From NCBI RefSeq assembly GCF_006345805.1, contig NC_042997.1, positions 169,322,001 through 169,386,000 on the forward strand: a stretch of 64,000 nucleotides of DNA, read 5' to 3'. Position 1 is the first letter of the stretch. Each line of letters opens with the position of its first letter. Both the position numbers and the translations under genes were made by a program. Positions 14,484 through 27,367 of this stretch are shown here, one piece after another. The stretch is from Octopus sinensis (Eukaryota). The notes beneath the pieces are model-generated. The model saw only the letters and a program-made list of their open reading frames with translations, did no database searches and was not told the origin of the DNA.

Positions 14484-14693
14484 CAGACATGCTTTGTAAA
14501 GTCTCTGAAAATAGATTTTAAAAAAGTACATCAGTTCAGACATGCTCTGTAAAGTCTCGGAAAATAGATTTTAAAAAAGTACATCAGTTCAGACATGCTC
14601 TGTAAAGTCTCGGAAAATAGATTTTAAAAAAGTACATCAGTTCAGACACACTTTGTAAAGTCTCTGAAAATAGAATTTAAAAAAATACATCAA
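14484..14693. repeat. 53-bp minisatellite, 4 copies
   Basis: CAGACATGCTCTGTAAAGTCTCGGAAAATAGATTTTAAAAAAGTACATCAGTT units start at 14484, 14537, 14590 and 14643. Confidence 0.95.
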
Positions 14694-15219
14694 TATCTTT
14701 GATCTGCAAATTGTATTCATCGTCAAAACATTTGTCGCCATCTACACAGGTAGCATTATTTCATATAATTCTATCAAGGAAAATTTCTGTTCTATTGTAT
14801 TTTTTAATTTAGGATGATAGAAATAACTGAAACTGTTGAGAACCAGTTTAGAAGGTTCTTGCTATTTAAATTCACAGCATAGTTATTCTGAATTCAAAAT
14901 CTGCCAGCATTTTCTTAAATACTGCCTTTCATTCTTCTAAAAATTTGTGCAATATATACTAGCATTATACTGAAATTTTTCTTGAAAATATTCTCCAATT
15001 GATAATTCGAAGTCTTTCAAGTAATACTTATGGTATACAAATTAGTAATTCCAGTTCTCTGAAGCTGCTGGATTTGTTAAACACATAAACAGATTAGTTG
15101 CTTACTTTCTTGGAATTGATCAAATGATATAGATACCTCAGATGAGAACCTAATTAAGGTTTGAAAATTGACTAAGGTTGTTTGTAATGTTTTTGTTTTT
15201 TTTTATCTACAGAGATATA

Positions 15220-15638
15220 CAGGTTGTCATCGACTTACTACCTATCTGACTTACAACCAATCAACTTTACAACAACTGACATGCCAGCTCCCAGCAGCAA
15301 TAATAAATAGTCCAGTTGAAATCTAATGGGTTTAATTTCTTAGAAATTAACCTGTTTACAGATTATGCCAGCTAACAAATGCTTCCCCTAGGTTTAGTTA
15401 TCGATCACCACTGTATTGAATGACAACTATCCTGTCATGGAGACATCATGGCAACCTTGTATTTGTTCATAAGACGACTGCTTCAGGCTCAGATATTTTT
15501 GACTAATGCCAGTATAATATGCTGTGTGTGACTTTTACCTGAGAATGTACTTTAAGAATGTAAAAATATAAAACAATATAAGCCGACTTACAACCAGTCA
15601 GTCGGAACCAGTTGTGGTCATAAGTCGACGATGACCTG
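15220..15638. mobile_element. Tigger/pogo-type MITE with TA target duplication
   Basis: TA|CAGGTTGTCATCGACTTACTACC ... GGTCATAAGTCGACGATGACCTG|TA; TIRs resemble the Tigger-type CAGGTAGTCCTCGACTTACGACC. Confidence 0.7.
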
Positions 15639-17474
15639 TAGTTAAAATTGCTATGTTTGTGTGTCTGCTGCACACACGCACACACACACACACACATGAA
15701 CATTTAGGAATATTTGTAGGTATATGTATACCCAAATATAGATGCATGTATATACCCTGTATATGTCGGAGCATCTATGTATATGTCTATGTGAGCATAT
15801 ATATGTTTCTGTAGGTATGTACAGTAATACCTTGACATATGAGTTAATATGTTCCTAGAGACTGCTCGTAAAGTGAAAACTCATAAAGAACTAGCTATTT
15901 TGTTTGCTGCAGATCAGTGACTGATGGTCACTTTTTTTACAATATATCGCTGGTAGAGGCAGATATTGGCCATCACTCCAAAGCATAGGTGCACACAGCT
16001 GACACGAGCCAACCAGCTTGAAACTGGCCGGTCCCATGATCTGGTCAGCTACTGGAGGGTAGTAGGGGTTCGCTCCCCCCACTAGTGATGTATTGTATAT
16101 AAGGGTGAAGAGCATGCACCGAAAACCAGCTGGTGGAGAATCCGCCTGGGGTTAAACTAGTAGTAACATTCATCTGCCCCTTAGATGTGGCTACTTGCTT
16201 TACTGCTTTTTATATTTATCATAAAATAAAACTCATAAACCTGGGGACTCGTAAAGCGAGGTATTAACTGTATAGAAGTATATACATGTGTGTGTGTGTG
16301 TGTGTGATACATTGTGTGTGTGTATGGGTACATTGAAAGAAATAACCTACATTACAGAAAGTAGCCTATGAAAAATATAAGTAACTATCACTATTTTTGA
16401 CTTGTGTAATTTTTATCCAATATTACAGCATATATTTGCACATATGTGTGTATGCGCAAAGGTGTGTACATGTAAGTGTGTGTGTGTGTGTGTGTGATGA
16501 GTGTATGTTTGTGTGTACATGGATGTATATGTGTGAGCATGATAAATAGATTAGGAAACAATATATATTGGTCATTAGTTTTTACAGCTGTCTGTCTACT
16601 TCCCACTAGCTTTAGTGAGCATTGAAGAAAAAAAATTGATAAAAAGACCTGATAATCCATTAATTAGAAAGCCGTCTGTTACCATGCATCGCCCACCTAC
16701 AACCAAATACAAACTACTTCCCTGAGTTTATTTTTGTTATGTAATAGTCCCCTCTTATTAATAAAACTTACATAAGACATAACTAAATAACTAATAAACA
16801 ATATCTCATGATTTGCTTTATTATATCATCTTCAACATGCTGAAATGGGTGGGGCAGTTTGGCAGGTGCTAGTGAGTCAGAGATTTGTCCCAAACTCTGC
16901 TGTTTACTCGGGTATGGTTTCTACTGCTGGATGTCCTTCCTAATGCCAACCACTTCAAAGATTGTACTCAGTTGGTTTTTATGTGGCACCAGCAGCAGTG
17001 AGGTCACCAAGTAACTCACAGGACAAGACTGAAGGAGGAGTAGTATTGAGTGGGGTGGCTCTATGCCAAGTGATGAGAGATTAGATTATGGTAGAGGGAT
17101 TGAAACAGCTGTCTTGTAGTAAAGGAGTATAAATGGCTAACCTAGTTGGAAGAGGAGAGAAAAGAGAGGAGAGAGTAAGAGAGAGAGAAAAAGAGAGAGA
17201 GAAAGTGAAAAAGAGTGGAGAAAGAGAAAGAGAGAAGATAGTGAAAAAGATGTGTTGGGGTACATCCTCAAGTTACAGATGTACATATATATAAATACAC
17301 CTTCACACATGTGGGCGTGGCTGTGTGGTAAGAAGCTTGCTTCTCAACCACATGGTTCTGGGTTCAGTCCTACTGAGTGACACCTTGGGCAAGTGTCTTC
17401 TACCATAGCCTCGGTCTGACCAAAGCTTTGTGAGTGGATTTTGTAGAGGGAAACTGAAAGAAGCCCGGTGTATG

Positions 17475-17566
<92 letters not shown>

Positions 17567-17569
<3 letters not shown>

Positions 17570-18443
17570 GGTGCGATGAATAATTTATCACTATTTCATA
17601 TTTAAAATTTTGTGCGTGTGCATTGTTTGTTTTTGATTTTGTTGATTTCATAGTATAGTAGGGTCAGTTAGGCACTGTCTGTGAGAAAAACAGCACCATG
17701 ATGCAATTCACTCTGCCAGAAATTTGGAATCAACATGCTATACTGCTTGGCATTCATGCGGAAGCTCCAATACAAATATTTCAGAGAGTTTGGGTATCAA
17801 TCTGAGGACAGGGCAATCTGAGAACATGTACGAGAGTGATAAAAATCAAACATTCAGTCAACATCATGGTGTTTAGAGTGATCACTAGTGACAGCAACAT
17901 CATGCATCCATTCATCTTCCCACATGGTCTCAGACTCAACACAGAGGCTTACATCAAATGTCTGGAGGAGATAGTGCTGCCTTGAGTTAAGAGGATTGCT
18001 GCTGGAAGCCCCTATGTCTGGCAACAGGACTCTGCACCATGCTACACAAGCAGGAGAACCCAGTCATTGCTGTCAGACCATTTCTGCAACCACATCACTC
18101 CTAGCATCTAGTCACCCAACTCCCCAGACTGCAACCCCTTGGATTATTATGTGTGGGGTGCAGTTGAGTGAGAGACCATCAAAACTCCTTGTAACACCAA
18201 AAATGAACTGAAGGCAAGGATTATGGCAGCATTCACCAACTTAAACAAGGAAACCATTCAGAAGAGTTGCAGGAGATTCTGAAGTCATCTGGAGGCCATG
18301 GTTGAAGCCAATGGCGATTCTATTGAATAAATTTACTCTTTAGTATTTCAAGATATTTTTATGTAATTTTGATATGTCTGTTAAAATGAGATGTCAGTGT
18401 TATTTTCATTTTTGCATAATTTAGATGACAGTTTATTCACCTG
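17567..18443 (+). mobile_element. Internally deleted Tc1/mariner DD37D (maT-type) transposon
   Basis: WQQDSAPCYTSRRTQSLLSDHFCNHITPSI*SPNSPDCNPLDYYVWG has 37 residues between the 2nd and 3rd catalytic Asp; degenerate TIRs CAGGGTGCGATGAATAA / TTTATTCACCTG with TA flanks. Confidence 0.85.
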
Positions 18444-18580
18444 TATGTATGTATGTATGTATGTATGTATATATATATAATTAAAATCACAAAAAAAATT
18501 GAATATTAATTAATAACATCAATTTAAAACACCAAGTGGCCTAGCGTATAAAGACTAGGATACAGTAAAAATTATTAATA

Positions 18581-18710
18581 CAAGTAATGAGAGAGAGTCC
18601 ACATGGCACGTTGAATTAATTCTTGAGAACAATTCTTTAGTGGTGGATTCCCTTTGTGCATCTATATCTAGCGTTAGAGTGACCACATGTGGACTCTCTC
18701 TCATTACTTG
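18581..18710. mobile_element. 130-bp MITE with 25-bp perfect TIRs and TA target duplication
   Basis: TA|CAAGTAATGAGAGAGAGTCCACATG ... CATGTGGACTCTCTCTCATTACTTG|TA. Confidence 0.75.
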
Positions 18711-18960
18711 TATGTATGTATATATATATATACACACACACACACACATACATACATACATATATATATATATATTTGTGTGTTTATGTCTGTGTTTGTC
18801 CCCCAACCATCACTTGACAATCAATGTTGGTATGATTATGTCCCTGTAACTTAGTTTGCAAAGAATAAGTCCTGGGGTCAATTTGTTTGATGAAAAGCCC
18901 TTAAGGTGGTGCTCCAGCATGGCCACAGTCAAATGACTGAAACAAGTAAAAGAATAAAAG

Positions 18961-19014
<54 letters not shown>

Positions 19015-19019
19015 TGAGA

Positions 19020-19960
19020 TGATTAGCAACCAGGATGACTGGTGATTCACTGAGCTCAAGAAGACCCATCTGCCATGGCAAAAATGAGATCCTAAAAGCA
19101 TTATGTTTAATGCACCCTGTACATGCTGGGCACTGCTCCTGCACCTAGTTACTCATCTAATCTTCGCACATCCATCCCATCATCATTCTTCTAACTATGG
19201 CACTACTCAGTTGCTGCACTTTTCAGCTGCAATAATTTGAGAGCCAAACTGGCACTACCAGTTACCTTCTTCCCACTGGAACTGCTTCCCATTAATACCC
19301 TTTCCTACACTATTTTCCACCAAATATCCCCTTTTTGTATCTTCTCTCTCTCCCTCTCCTTCTCTCTCTCTCTTTCTTTCTATCTGTCTTCCTCTCTTCT
19401 CATTTTGTCACTCCTCATTTCTCCCTCTTTCTCTCTTCTGAACTACATCTTAGGTCTACCATTCCTCTTCTTTAACATCTATCATATCTACTATCATTCT
19501 CAACATTCTCTCATATCAGTCATTGATGCCCATGCCACCAATATTTGTCACCCCAATCACTATAAACACCCTCATGTACTTCTGACCTCCATCTCTGACT
19601 CTATACATCTTCCTCACCCCTCCTTTACACCCTGTACATCCACTTCCTACTTTCTGATTTATCTATATGTTCATGATACTGCTGCACTCTATCCTTCTTG
19701 TGCTATTGTTTGTCATCTCTTTCCTGCACTCCTTCTATCTCTCTGATCAACCTCTCTTCATACTGATATTTATCATCAATCATACCTCTGCTTTTGCTCA
19801 TCGTTCACTGCATTCACTACTACTGCCATCTCTAACCATCTGTTACTCTCCCCTCATACTCTTAAGGAATTACCTACCTTCTCCTGTCCACAATCCACTG
19901 TCTGTATCTTCCCCTTATTCTCACCTTCTTGTACATTAAAAGTAAGCTCTAGCACCTTGT
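19020..19960 (-). mobile_element. Heavily decayed RTE-like LINE remnant
   Basis: Minus strand MMGWMC...VQEQ resembles the RTE C-terminal MLRWMC...VQER segment; purine-rich minus strand. Confidence 0.3.
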
Positions 19961-20927
19961 CGCAACCATCTTGATTTTCTTTCCAATTACCTCCCACTTA
20001 TCTTTACATAATGCAATGTATCTCCACTATAGCAAGATACCTCGGCTTGTCCCTCTTTCATACTTTAGCTTTTCACCACTTGGTTTAAAGTCATCTCTCC
20101 TTCTCTCAAATACATTCCCAGCCAATCGAGGGGCCTTTTTTTTATTTCCTTTGCCTTTCAAGTTACTTGTTGACCTCCCTAGTGCTAGTGTCATGAAAAA
20201 AGCACCCAATGCACTCTGTGAAGTGGTTAATATTAGAAAGGAAACCATGCTCTAGAAATTATGTCAAAGCTGATATTGGAGCTCAGTGCAGTCCCTCAGC
20301 TGGTTGGATCTTATCAATCTATTCAAAAACATTCCTGCATGAAAAACAAATGTTAAATGATAATGCTGCTGCTTCTGATGATGATGATGATGACGAGGAG
20401 GAGGAGGAGGATCTATGTGTGTCTATGTGTGCACATACATGTGTATAGTCAATCTCTATTTTCTTTTTTTTTTTGTGCATTAATTTCGCTCTAACACTAT
20501 TTGCCACCTTCATAACTCAATTAGCTTGTAGCACCTGAAATCTCTCTTTTCCAGTTAATTCACCTCCCTTATCTTTCCAACAATGGCAATGTTATATTAA
20601 TCATTAGAAATAAATGTTTTGCGCAATGTGATAAGCTAAGCAAGTGACTTATGTGACACTGCCTGTCCTGATGCTTTCAACATTCCATGAATAATTCCTG
20701 AAGATGAAGCAGTTGTCACCTTCATGACCTTAATTGCTTTACCCATTTGATATATACTGAAGTTGTGTCTGGTGTACACGGAAGGCCTAGCTGATCTGTT
20801 CTGAATATTTTCCTGCTGATTCTACTAAGCTAATTTCTTCCTATCACATTCACATACTTTGTTTAACAACCGCTCACAGTAATAACGTCTTCATGTCTTT
20901 CTCTTTTCATTTTATATATTTTGTCAG

Positions 20928-20981
20928 ACACAACCGTTCCAAATGTCATTGTAATGCATTCTTATAAAATACTTCCTGATT
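20928..20981 (+). CDS. Candidate 54-nt symmetric (phase 1-1) internal exon, (D)TTVPNVIVMHSYKILPD; gene unknown
   Basis: Long pyrimidine tract TCTTTCTCTTTTCATTTTATATATTTTGTCAG and donor ATT|GTAAGT; only one open frame. Confidence 0.35.
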
Positions 20982-22139
20982 GTAAGTACTTCATTTTTCC
21001 AATCTCACTCAACTTGAATATTATAGGAAATCATAGAAATCTTAGGAAAATTTCTACTCTCCACTTCTCTCCAATTTTAAATCGATTTTTTTTTTCAATA
21101 AAAATTTAATAATACTACTTTATCATTATGTTAGCTAAGGTGGAAAGCTGGCAGGATTGTTAACATGCCATATAAACGGTTTGGAGGATTTTGTCCATCT
21201 TTAAATTGTGAGTTCAAATTCTGTCCATGTCAAATTTACCTTTCATCTTTTTGGGGTTGATAAAATAAGTACCTGTTTAGCACTGGGTTAATACAATAAA
21301 CTTCTGCATTTCTTAAAGATTTTTGGCCTTGTGCCAAAGAAATTAGAAAGCATTATTCTTATGCTAGTTGAAACCAAAGTAGCAAGCTGGCAGACTTGTT
21401 AGTATATCAAACAAAATTCCTAGTGGCATTTCTTCCAGTTCTTTACATTCCGAGTTCAAGTTCTGTCATGGTTGCTCTTGCATTTCTTCTTTTTGGAGTT
21501 GATAAAATAAGTACAAGTTCAACACTGGAATTGACATAATCAACTTACCCCTGCCCCTAAAATTACAGGTGTTCTACCAAAATTTGAAATTGTTAAGCTA
21601 GCTGAAACCCGAATACAATTTTTTTCAAGGAAGATATATGGTTGATGCTTTAACATTCTCTAAAGCCTTTGGGCTTTCTAGAGAAAAATATAAATCAAAG
21701 AAAATGGGGAGTAATTTTGAACCATTTATTTGATTTTGGAGCATGTAATTTTTAAAAAATGGATAATAAAATCATCATTGTTCTCATCATCCTCACTGGT
21801 TTAATATACACTTTACCACATTTGCAGAGATTTATTGCAGCTGTAGAAAATCTGCCTTAATGTATTCCAGCAGGATCATGCAAGCATGGAAAAGTGGCTG
21901 TTAAGATGGTGAAGATGATGGTGATATTCTTTATCTGAATGTTCAGATCCAAAATTACATAAGGTGCTGAAAAGTTTCTGGCTTTAAGAGTACTGTGAAA
22001 GGTCTGATTAAAGGCCCAAACTTCCAAGTTTTTTTTATAAGGCTTACAAAAACTTAAGGACAGCTTTGTGAGTGGATTTGGTTGATGGAAACTGAAAGGA
22101 GACCATCGTATCTATCTATCAATGTCTGGAGCATCATTA

Positions 22140-22272
22140 GCGAAATGTGTGATCGAGCATTGTCATGAAGAATGATTGGCCCTCTACTGTTGACCAGTCT
22201 GGGACGGAGGAGTAGCAGTTTTTCATTCATTTTGGCAATTTCATGGCAATATGTTTCTGCAGTAATGGTTTT
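22140..22272 (-). mobile_element. Mariner transposase fragment
   Basis: Minus frame GKTITAETYCHEIAKMNEKLLLLRPRLVNSRGPIILHDNARSH contains the LHDNARxH motif; a mariner end lies at ~21960-22060. Confidence 0.7.
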
Positions 22273-22821
22273 TCCAGGACTGATGAATAAAGTACCAGAT
22301 CAATTTACCAATATATTAATTAGTAAAGTTTTAAATACCAATTTACCAATTATATCAATTAATTTTAAATTTATATTACTACACATTCTTTAAAATTGAA
22401 AGTGGATAACCTCTCAAAAAAGATAAAATGTATATTTTCCTATTGCATCAATACATACACAGACATACATGTGCACATACATACACATGCGCGCGCGCAC
22501 ACGCACATACACACACACAAAAATAAGGCAGTAAACTCAATACAACATTGATATGATTAATAGGGAATAAATACTGATTTCAAATTTTGGCACAAAGCCA
22601 GTAACTTCGAAGTAGGGCTAAGTCAATTATATTGACCCCAGTGTTCAACTGATACTCATTTTATCAACCCTGAAAAGGTGAACAGCTATGTCAGCCTCAG
22701 CAGAATTTGAACCCAGAATGTGAAGACAGACAAAATGCCACTAAGCATTTTGCCTGGTGTGTTAACGTTCCTGCCAGTTCACTGTCCTAATGGGTTATAT
22801 GTATTAATATGTATTCATGTA

Positions 22822-23050
22822 AAGGCGGCGAGCTGACAGAAACGTTAGCACGCCAGGCGAAATTTTCAGTGGTATTTCGTCTGCCATTACGTTCTGAGTT
22901 CAATTTCCACCTAGGTTGACTTTGCCTTTCATCCTTTCGGAGTCGATTAAATAAGTACCAGTTAATCATTGGGGTCGATGTAATCAACTCAATCCCCTTG
23001 TCTGTCCTTGTTTGTCCCCACTATGTTTAGCCCCTTGTGAGCAATAAAGA
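22822..23050 (+). mobile_element. SINE family C (representative; about 15 diverged copies, e.g. 21130-21590, 28830-29270, 34370-34600, 44360-45080, 52450-53090)
   Basis: GGCGGCGAGCTGACAGAAACGTTAGCACG...TTCTGAGTTC...CCTTTCATCCTTTCGGAGTCGATTAAATAAGTACCAG; 34370-34600 is a close inverted copy. Confidence 0.75.
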
Positions 23051-24273
23051 ATTAAATATGTATTCATGTACAGCACAGCATATTTTATTAACTTCTTAAT
23101 TATGTTACTGACGAACATACAATATGTGAATTAATGTAACCATTACAACAAAATTCTAGTTTTTCTTTGATTTAAAAAGTTATATGTTCCCTTCATGAGA
23201 AGTGGGGACTGAATTCTCCAGACCAATTAATTATAAGAATTGTTTGAGCACTTTATAGTGTCTGTTCTGGCTTTTATATAGTGAGTTAAGAGTCTGTCTT
23301 CTGTCACCGGTAAAATGGGCTCTAATAGGTGATGAAGTCATTTATCAAAAATATTTCAGCTTATTTTTTGCCACTACTACTCACCAGCTAGCAATAGAAA
23401 CATCAGATAAGTTTTCATTCCTGTTTCTCAGATGTAAAAATTATTATTTCAAGTTTTTGCATAAGTCCAGTAGTTTTAAGGTAAGAGGAATAGTTGATTC
23501 TAGTACTCACCAGATATTTTATTTTATCAACCCAGGAGGGATGAAAGGCAATGTTGACCCTGGTGGAATTTGAACTCAGAATATAATAATTTGGAAGAAA
23601 TACTACTAGATATTTTGTCTGAAAATTTAACAATTCAGTCAGCTTATGGCCTGAGATGTAAAAATACTAACAAAAATTCATCAAATATGATAAATGATAG
23701 AATTTTAAACTTTTGAATTTAAAATTTTCCAACCATCTTTCTTATCAGGAATTTGAAATGCTTCTTCAGAACAGACATTTAACAATATTTGATGTAAATA
23801 GAAAAGTCATTAATGACGATGATGATGATGATGATGATTCTGAAAGTTGAACAGTGGGGAAGTTATCTATGAGACTCTATTTTTGCAATGGTGCTGCAGT
23901 CAACAACCTCATGTTATGCAAATGGTACATATTATTATTATAATTAGCACTGTTGTTGTTAATGGAGTTAATTATTACATAGTTACAAGTATTATTTCAT
24001 TTAATTGTATTGTTTCAGGAAAATTCCAAACCATTTAAACCAAGGTGTGGTAATATGACAGCATGAGAATTAACAGTAAAATTGAAATTATATTATTACT
24101 AATAGGGTTTTAAATAGTTTACTTGCTCTTTATCTTGTATGCATTCAATTTCAGGCCCAGCAAATTAACATATTTTCTGTTGGTTTGTATGTGCATGTTT
24201 TGTGCAAGTAAATGTAAATATATATATAGTTTTCTTGGGGATATACATACATACATGCATACATACATACACG

Positions 24274-24349
<76 letters not shown>

Positions 24350-24351
<2 letters not shown>

Positions 24352-24669
24352 GAGGCTCAATGGCCCAGTGGTTAGGCCAGACTCATGGTTGGAGGATTGC
24401 GGTTTCGATTCCCAGACCAGGCGTTGCGTGTGTTTATTGAGCGAAAACACCTAAACCTCCATGAGGCTCTGGCAGGGGGGGGCACCCCTGTTATACTCTT
24501 TCGCCCCAACTTTCTCTCACTCTTTCTTCCTGTTTCTTGAGTAATGCTGCGATGGACTGGCATCCTGTCCAGCTGGGGGGGGGGGAACACATACGCCACA
24601 GAAACCAGGAAACCAGGCCTATGAGCCTGGCTAGGCTTTAAAAGGGTGCATAAATAAATAAATAAATAA

Positions 24670-24672
<3 letters not shown>
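24350..24672 (+). mobile_element. tRNA-derived SINE family D with (TAAA)n tail
   Basis: A-box-like TGGCCCAGTGGTTAGG and B-box-like GGTTTCGATTCCC; inverted copies at 35195-35494 and 48430-48733. Confidence 0.75.
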
Positions 24673-24700
<28 letters not shown>

Positions 24701-24728
24701 CTTTATTTTAAGCAGCAGAAAATTCAAC

Positions 24729-24776
24729 AAAATCTGTTACTCTGAGTTTCTCGTTGCCGTTCATCAGACAGTTTTT
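24729..24776 (-). ncRNA. Minimal type I hammerhead ribozyme motif in the PLE 3' UTR
   Basis: Minus strand AAAAACUGU-CUGAUGA-ACG GCAA CGA-GAAA-CUCAGAGU-A-ACAGAUUUU: stem I CUGU/ACAG, canonical core, GNRA-capped short stem II (A.A at its base), near-palindromic stem III, GUA cleavage triplet. Confidence 0.75.
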
Positions 24777-25847
24777 GCTAGAATGGAACTGATCTCTTAC
24801 AAACGCTACACCTTTAAAAAGAAATGGACTTGTTTGATTGGCCCTTAAGAAAAAACGGTCAATCTTCGAGCGATAAACAAAAAGGTCAAAAATATATGTA
24901 TATATATATAAAAAACTTATAAAAATTATAAAATCCGAGGAAAAAACCTATTGACATTAATGAAGACAGTGCAAATTAATGCATAGAAATTAAACCTGTT
25001 ATAAATACTGCAATACATATTTATATTAAAATCTACATATATATATCAACATACACAAAAGGATGCGCGTAAACGCCATACATACATATACTGACGTATG
25101 AGTATAAATCTAAATATACACATAAAAGCATGTGTACATATATTCACGCAAACCGTCTCACACGCAAGCTAAAATTCATCTATGTAGCAATTCTTATATA
25201 CTGGGCAAGGAGGGGGAACAAAAGAAAGGGAGAGAGAGAAAAAGGAAGGAAGGAGGGGTGGGGAAAAAAACGAAATAAGAAAAAAATAAGAAAAAAATAA
25301 GAAAAAAATTTATGTATACAAGCAGTGTAACGGTGTTATTGGCATCTATAGAGACCAGTATACATACACAAGTTTGAATGGATACATATACATACCGTCG
25401 TGTATATGTGTGCTTAAGCACAAACATACTTTCACTTACACATACACAGATACGCATGCTTACAAATACATATGCTTTGCTATACACATACTTATATAAA
25501 CATTCTAATTTTGACAACATTGCTTTTTTTAAAAAAACATTGCTTTTAAAAATGGGTGCATTAATAAAAATATATACGAAAGACATAAAATAAAATATAA
25601 CATCCTATTTTGGGTCATTTATAAATAATCAAGGTAATATAAATAATCAAGGTAATCCTATGCAATACAATAACATGAAAACAAAGTTTGTAGGTTTTTC
25701 CTAATATATATGTAGAAACATAAGACTTTGCTATACGGATTAAGATCCGCATAGCCTGGAAACAAAAACAAAATCAAAATCAAAATCCATCGTAGCGCTC
25801 AAGAGTCAAAATCAAAATCAAAAATCAAAAAATACAAAATATATACT

Positions 25848-27325
25848 CTATCCATATGGTATATTTATATTCGACATTTTAAATTTAGCCGCGTGCCTAC
25901 ATAAGTTCATTAACTCACTTCTTTGATTCAAAGAATTATTGTCTTTGAATAAGATGTACATTTTTTCTAATAGACAAAGTCTGCACTTGAAATTATTTTT
26001 GTAAGCTCCATGCCTGTATGCTCCATGTCACGTTGAAAGGTGGGGCTTCCTTTTCTTTTAGTTCCCAGACATATTTTGCTAGGCTGGTTTTCTTCCTATT
26101 CTCTGGGTATTTAAATGAATTTTTATGAGAATAAAATCTTGTTTTAAATGAATTTTCTGAAGCCCCTGTGTATGTCTTGTATTCCGATGAGCCTTCCACT
26201 TGCACCTTGGCTCTATAAACTACTCCTTTCACTAGACATTTCCCTTCTAACGGACAGGAGCTTTCGTTTTTGAAATTACATTTCTTAATGGGCTCGGCAC
26301 CATGTCTAATCTCAATTAGCTTCCTATTATGTTGGCTAATGTAAGAGGCGAAATTTCTGCAACAAGAATAGCTAACCTTCAGGGTTCTTCTATTAAATAT
26401 TCTGTAGAATTTATGACCCTGCTTAAAATGCTTAGAGACTAATCTCAAAAATTCCTTACCTATATTAGTCTTTACGGCCAAATTGAAAGCCGAGTTGAAC
26501 CACAAAACTTTCCTGGTCCTAGTTCTTCGTGCAGCATTATTATCAGCATTAAGCTGGTTGAACTGGATCTTCTCAGAGAATCCACTATTCTTTAATGCGC
26601 TATCGTAATAAGGTGCAGCATTATGGAATGCTGCCTCGTCCGAAGAAATTGAAGATATTCTTCTACCTACATTGCTGACTAAGTTCCTAAGGATAACTGG
26701 TGGATGGTTCGAATCTTTGCTAATATACGATAGCTTTTCATTGGGCTTACGGAAAGGTTTAAATCTATCCGATCTTACATTAAAATTTACGTCTAAAAAA
26801 TCTACACTATTCAGGTTAGCATCTATCGTAACCCGTAAGCCCATCCTTTGAAAGAAAGCTATAAGGTCCTTCCTAAGTCTATCTGATTCATGGCCGTTTA
26901 GATTATGCGTGGCTATAAGGCCGTCATCCCTATATAAACCTGCATCTATAAATGGGAATTCTATTTTTAGATTATGGAGAATAAAGGCTCCTATGAGCAT
27001 ACATAATTCAGCCCCGTCGTATGCCCCCATCGGTACATCGAAAAGAGAATCCTCAGTCTTCTTAATCCAGGTGGAATCCTCGAAAAAAAGAAGCGATTTC
27101 CTAGCATGCATAATAATTTCAATTTCCGAGCTATCGATGTTGACATACTGCTTGGCGAAGTCCAATGCCCTTAGGAGCAACGTCCTAGATATTGACGGGT
27201 AAAAGTCAATAATGTCGAATTGTGTGAAACTACAATTATTCTTATAGCTAATACCTTTAAACCACTCTATAACTGACTTACTATTCTTCCAAATTCTCAA
27301 GTCTACTTCACTATCTAACTTAACT

Positions 27326-27328
<3 letters not shown>
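25848..27328 (-). pseudogene. PLE RT-GIY-YIG ORF, N-terminally truncated, one frameshift near 26005
   Basis: ORF 25993-27328 continues in another frame as YKNNFKCRLCLLEKMYILFKDNNSLNQRSELMNLCRHAAKF, the typical PLE C-terminus, ending at TAG 25848-25850. Confidence 0.85.

Positions 27329-27362
<34 letters not shown>

Positions 27363-27367
<5 letters not shown>

Larger units (their letters stand above)
17311..18962 (+). mobile_element. tRNA-type SINE family B split by nested insertions in its central microsatellite
   Basis: Head GTGGCTGTGTGGTAAGAAGCTTGCTTC...GAAACTGAAAGAAGCCC (17311-17470) and tail TGTGTTTGTCCCCC...ATGACTGAAACAAGTAAAAGA (18775-18962) are contiguous in the copies at 35829 and 50658. 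Confidence 0.7.
24701..27328 (-). mobile_element. Penelope-like retroelement (RT + GIY-YIG endonuclease), 5'-truncated, embedded in (TA)n
   Basis: QFDIIDFYPSI, VPMGAY, LYRDDGL, FLDV, SNHPP; GIY-YIG region CPLEGKC..KGVVY...YTGASENSFKTRF..HKNSF; ~1.1-kb 3' UTR; TA tracts at both ends. Confidence 0.9.

Noticed and set aside
23432-23480. Apparent exon with strong AG/GTAAG signals
   Set aside because: The sequence is a diverged tail of SINE family C (TTTCAAATTTTGGCACAAGGCCAG...)
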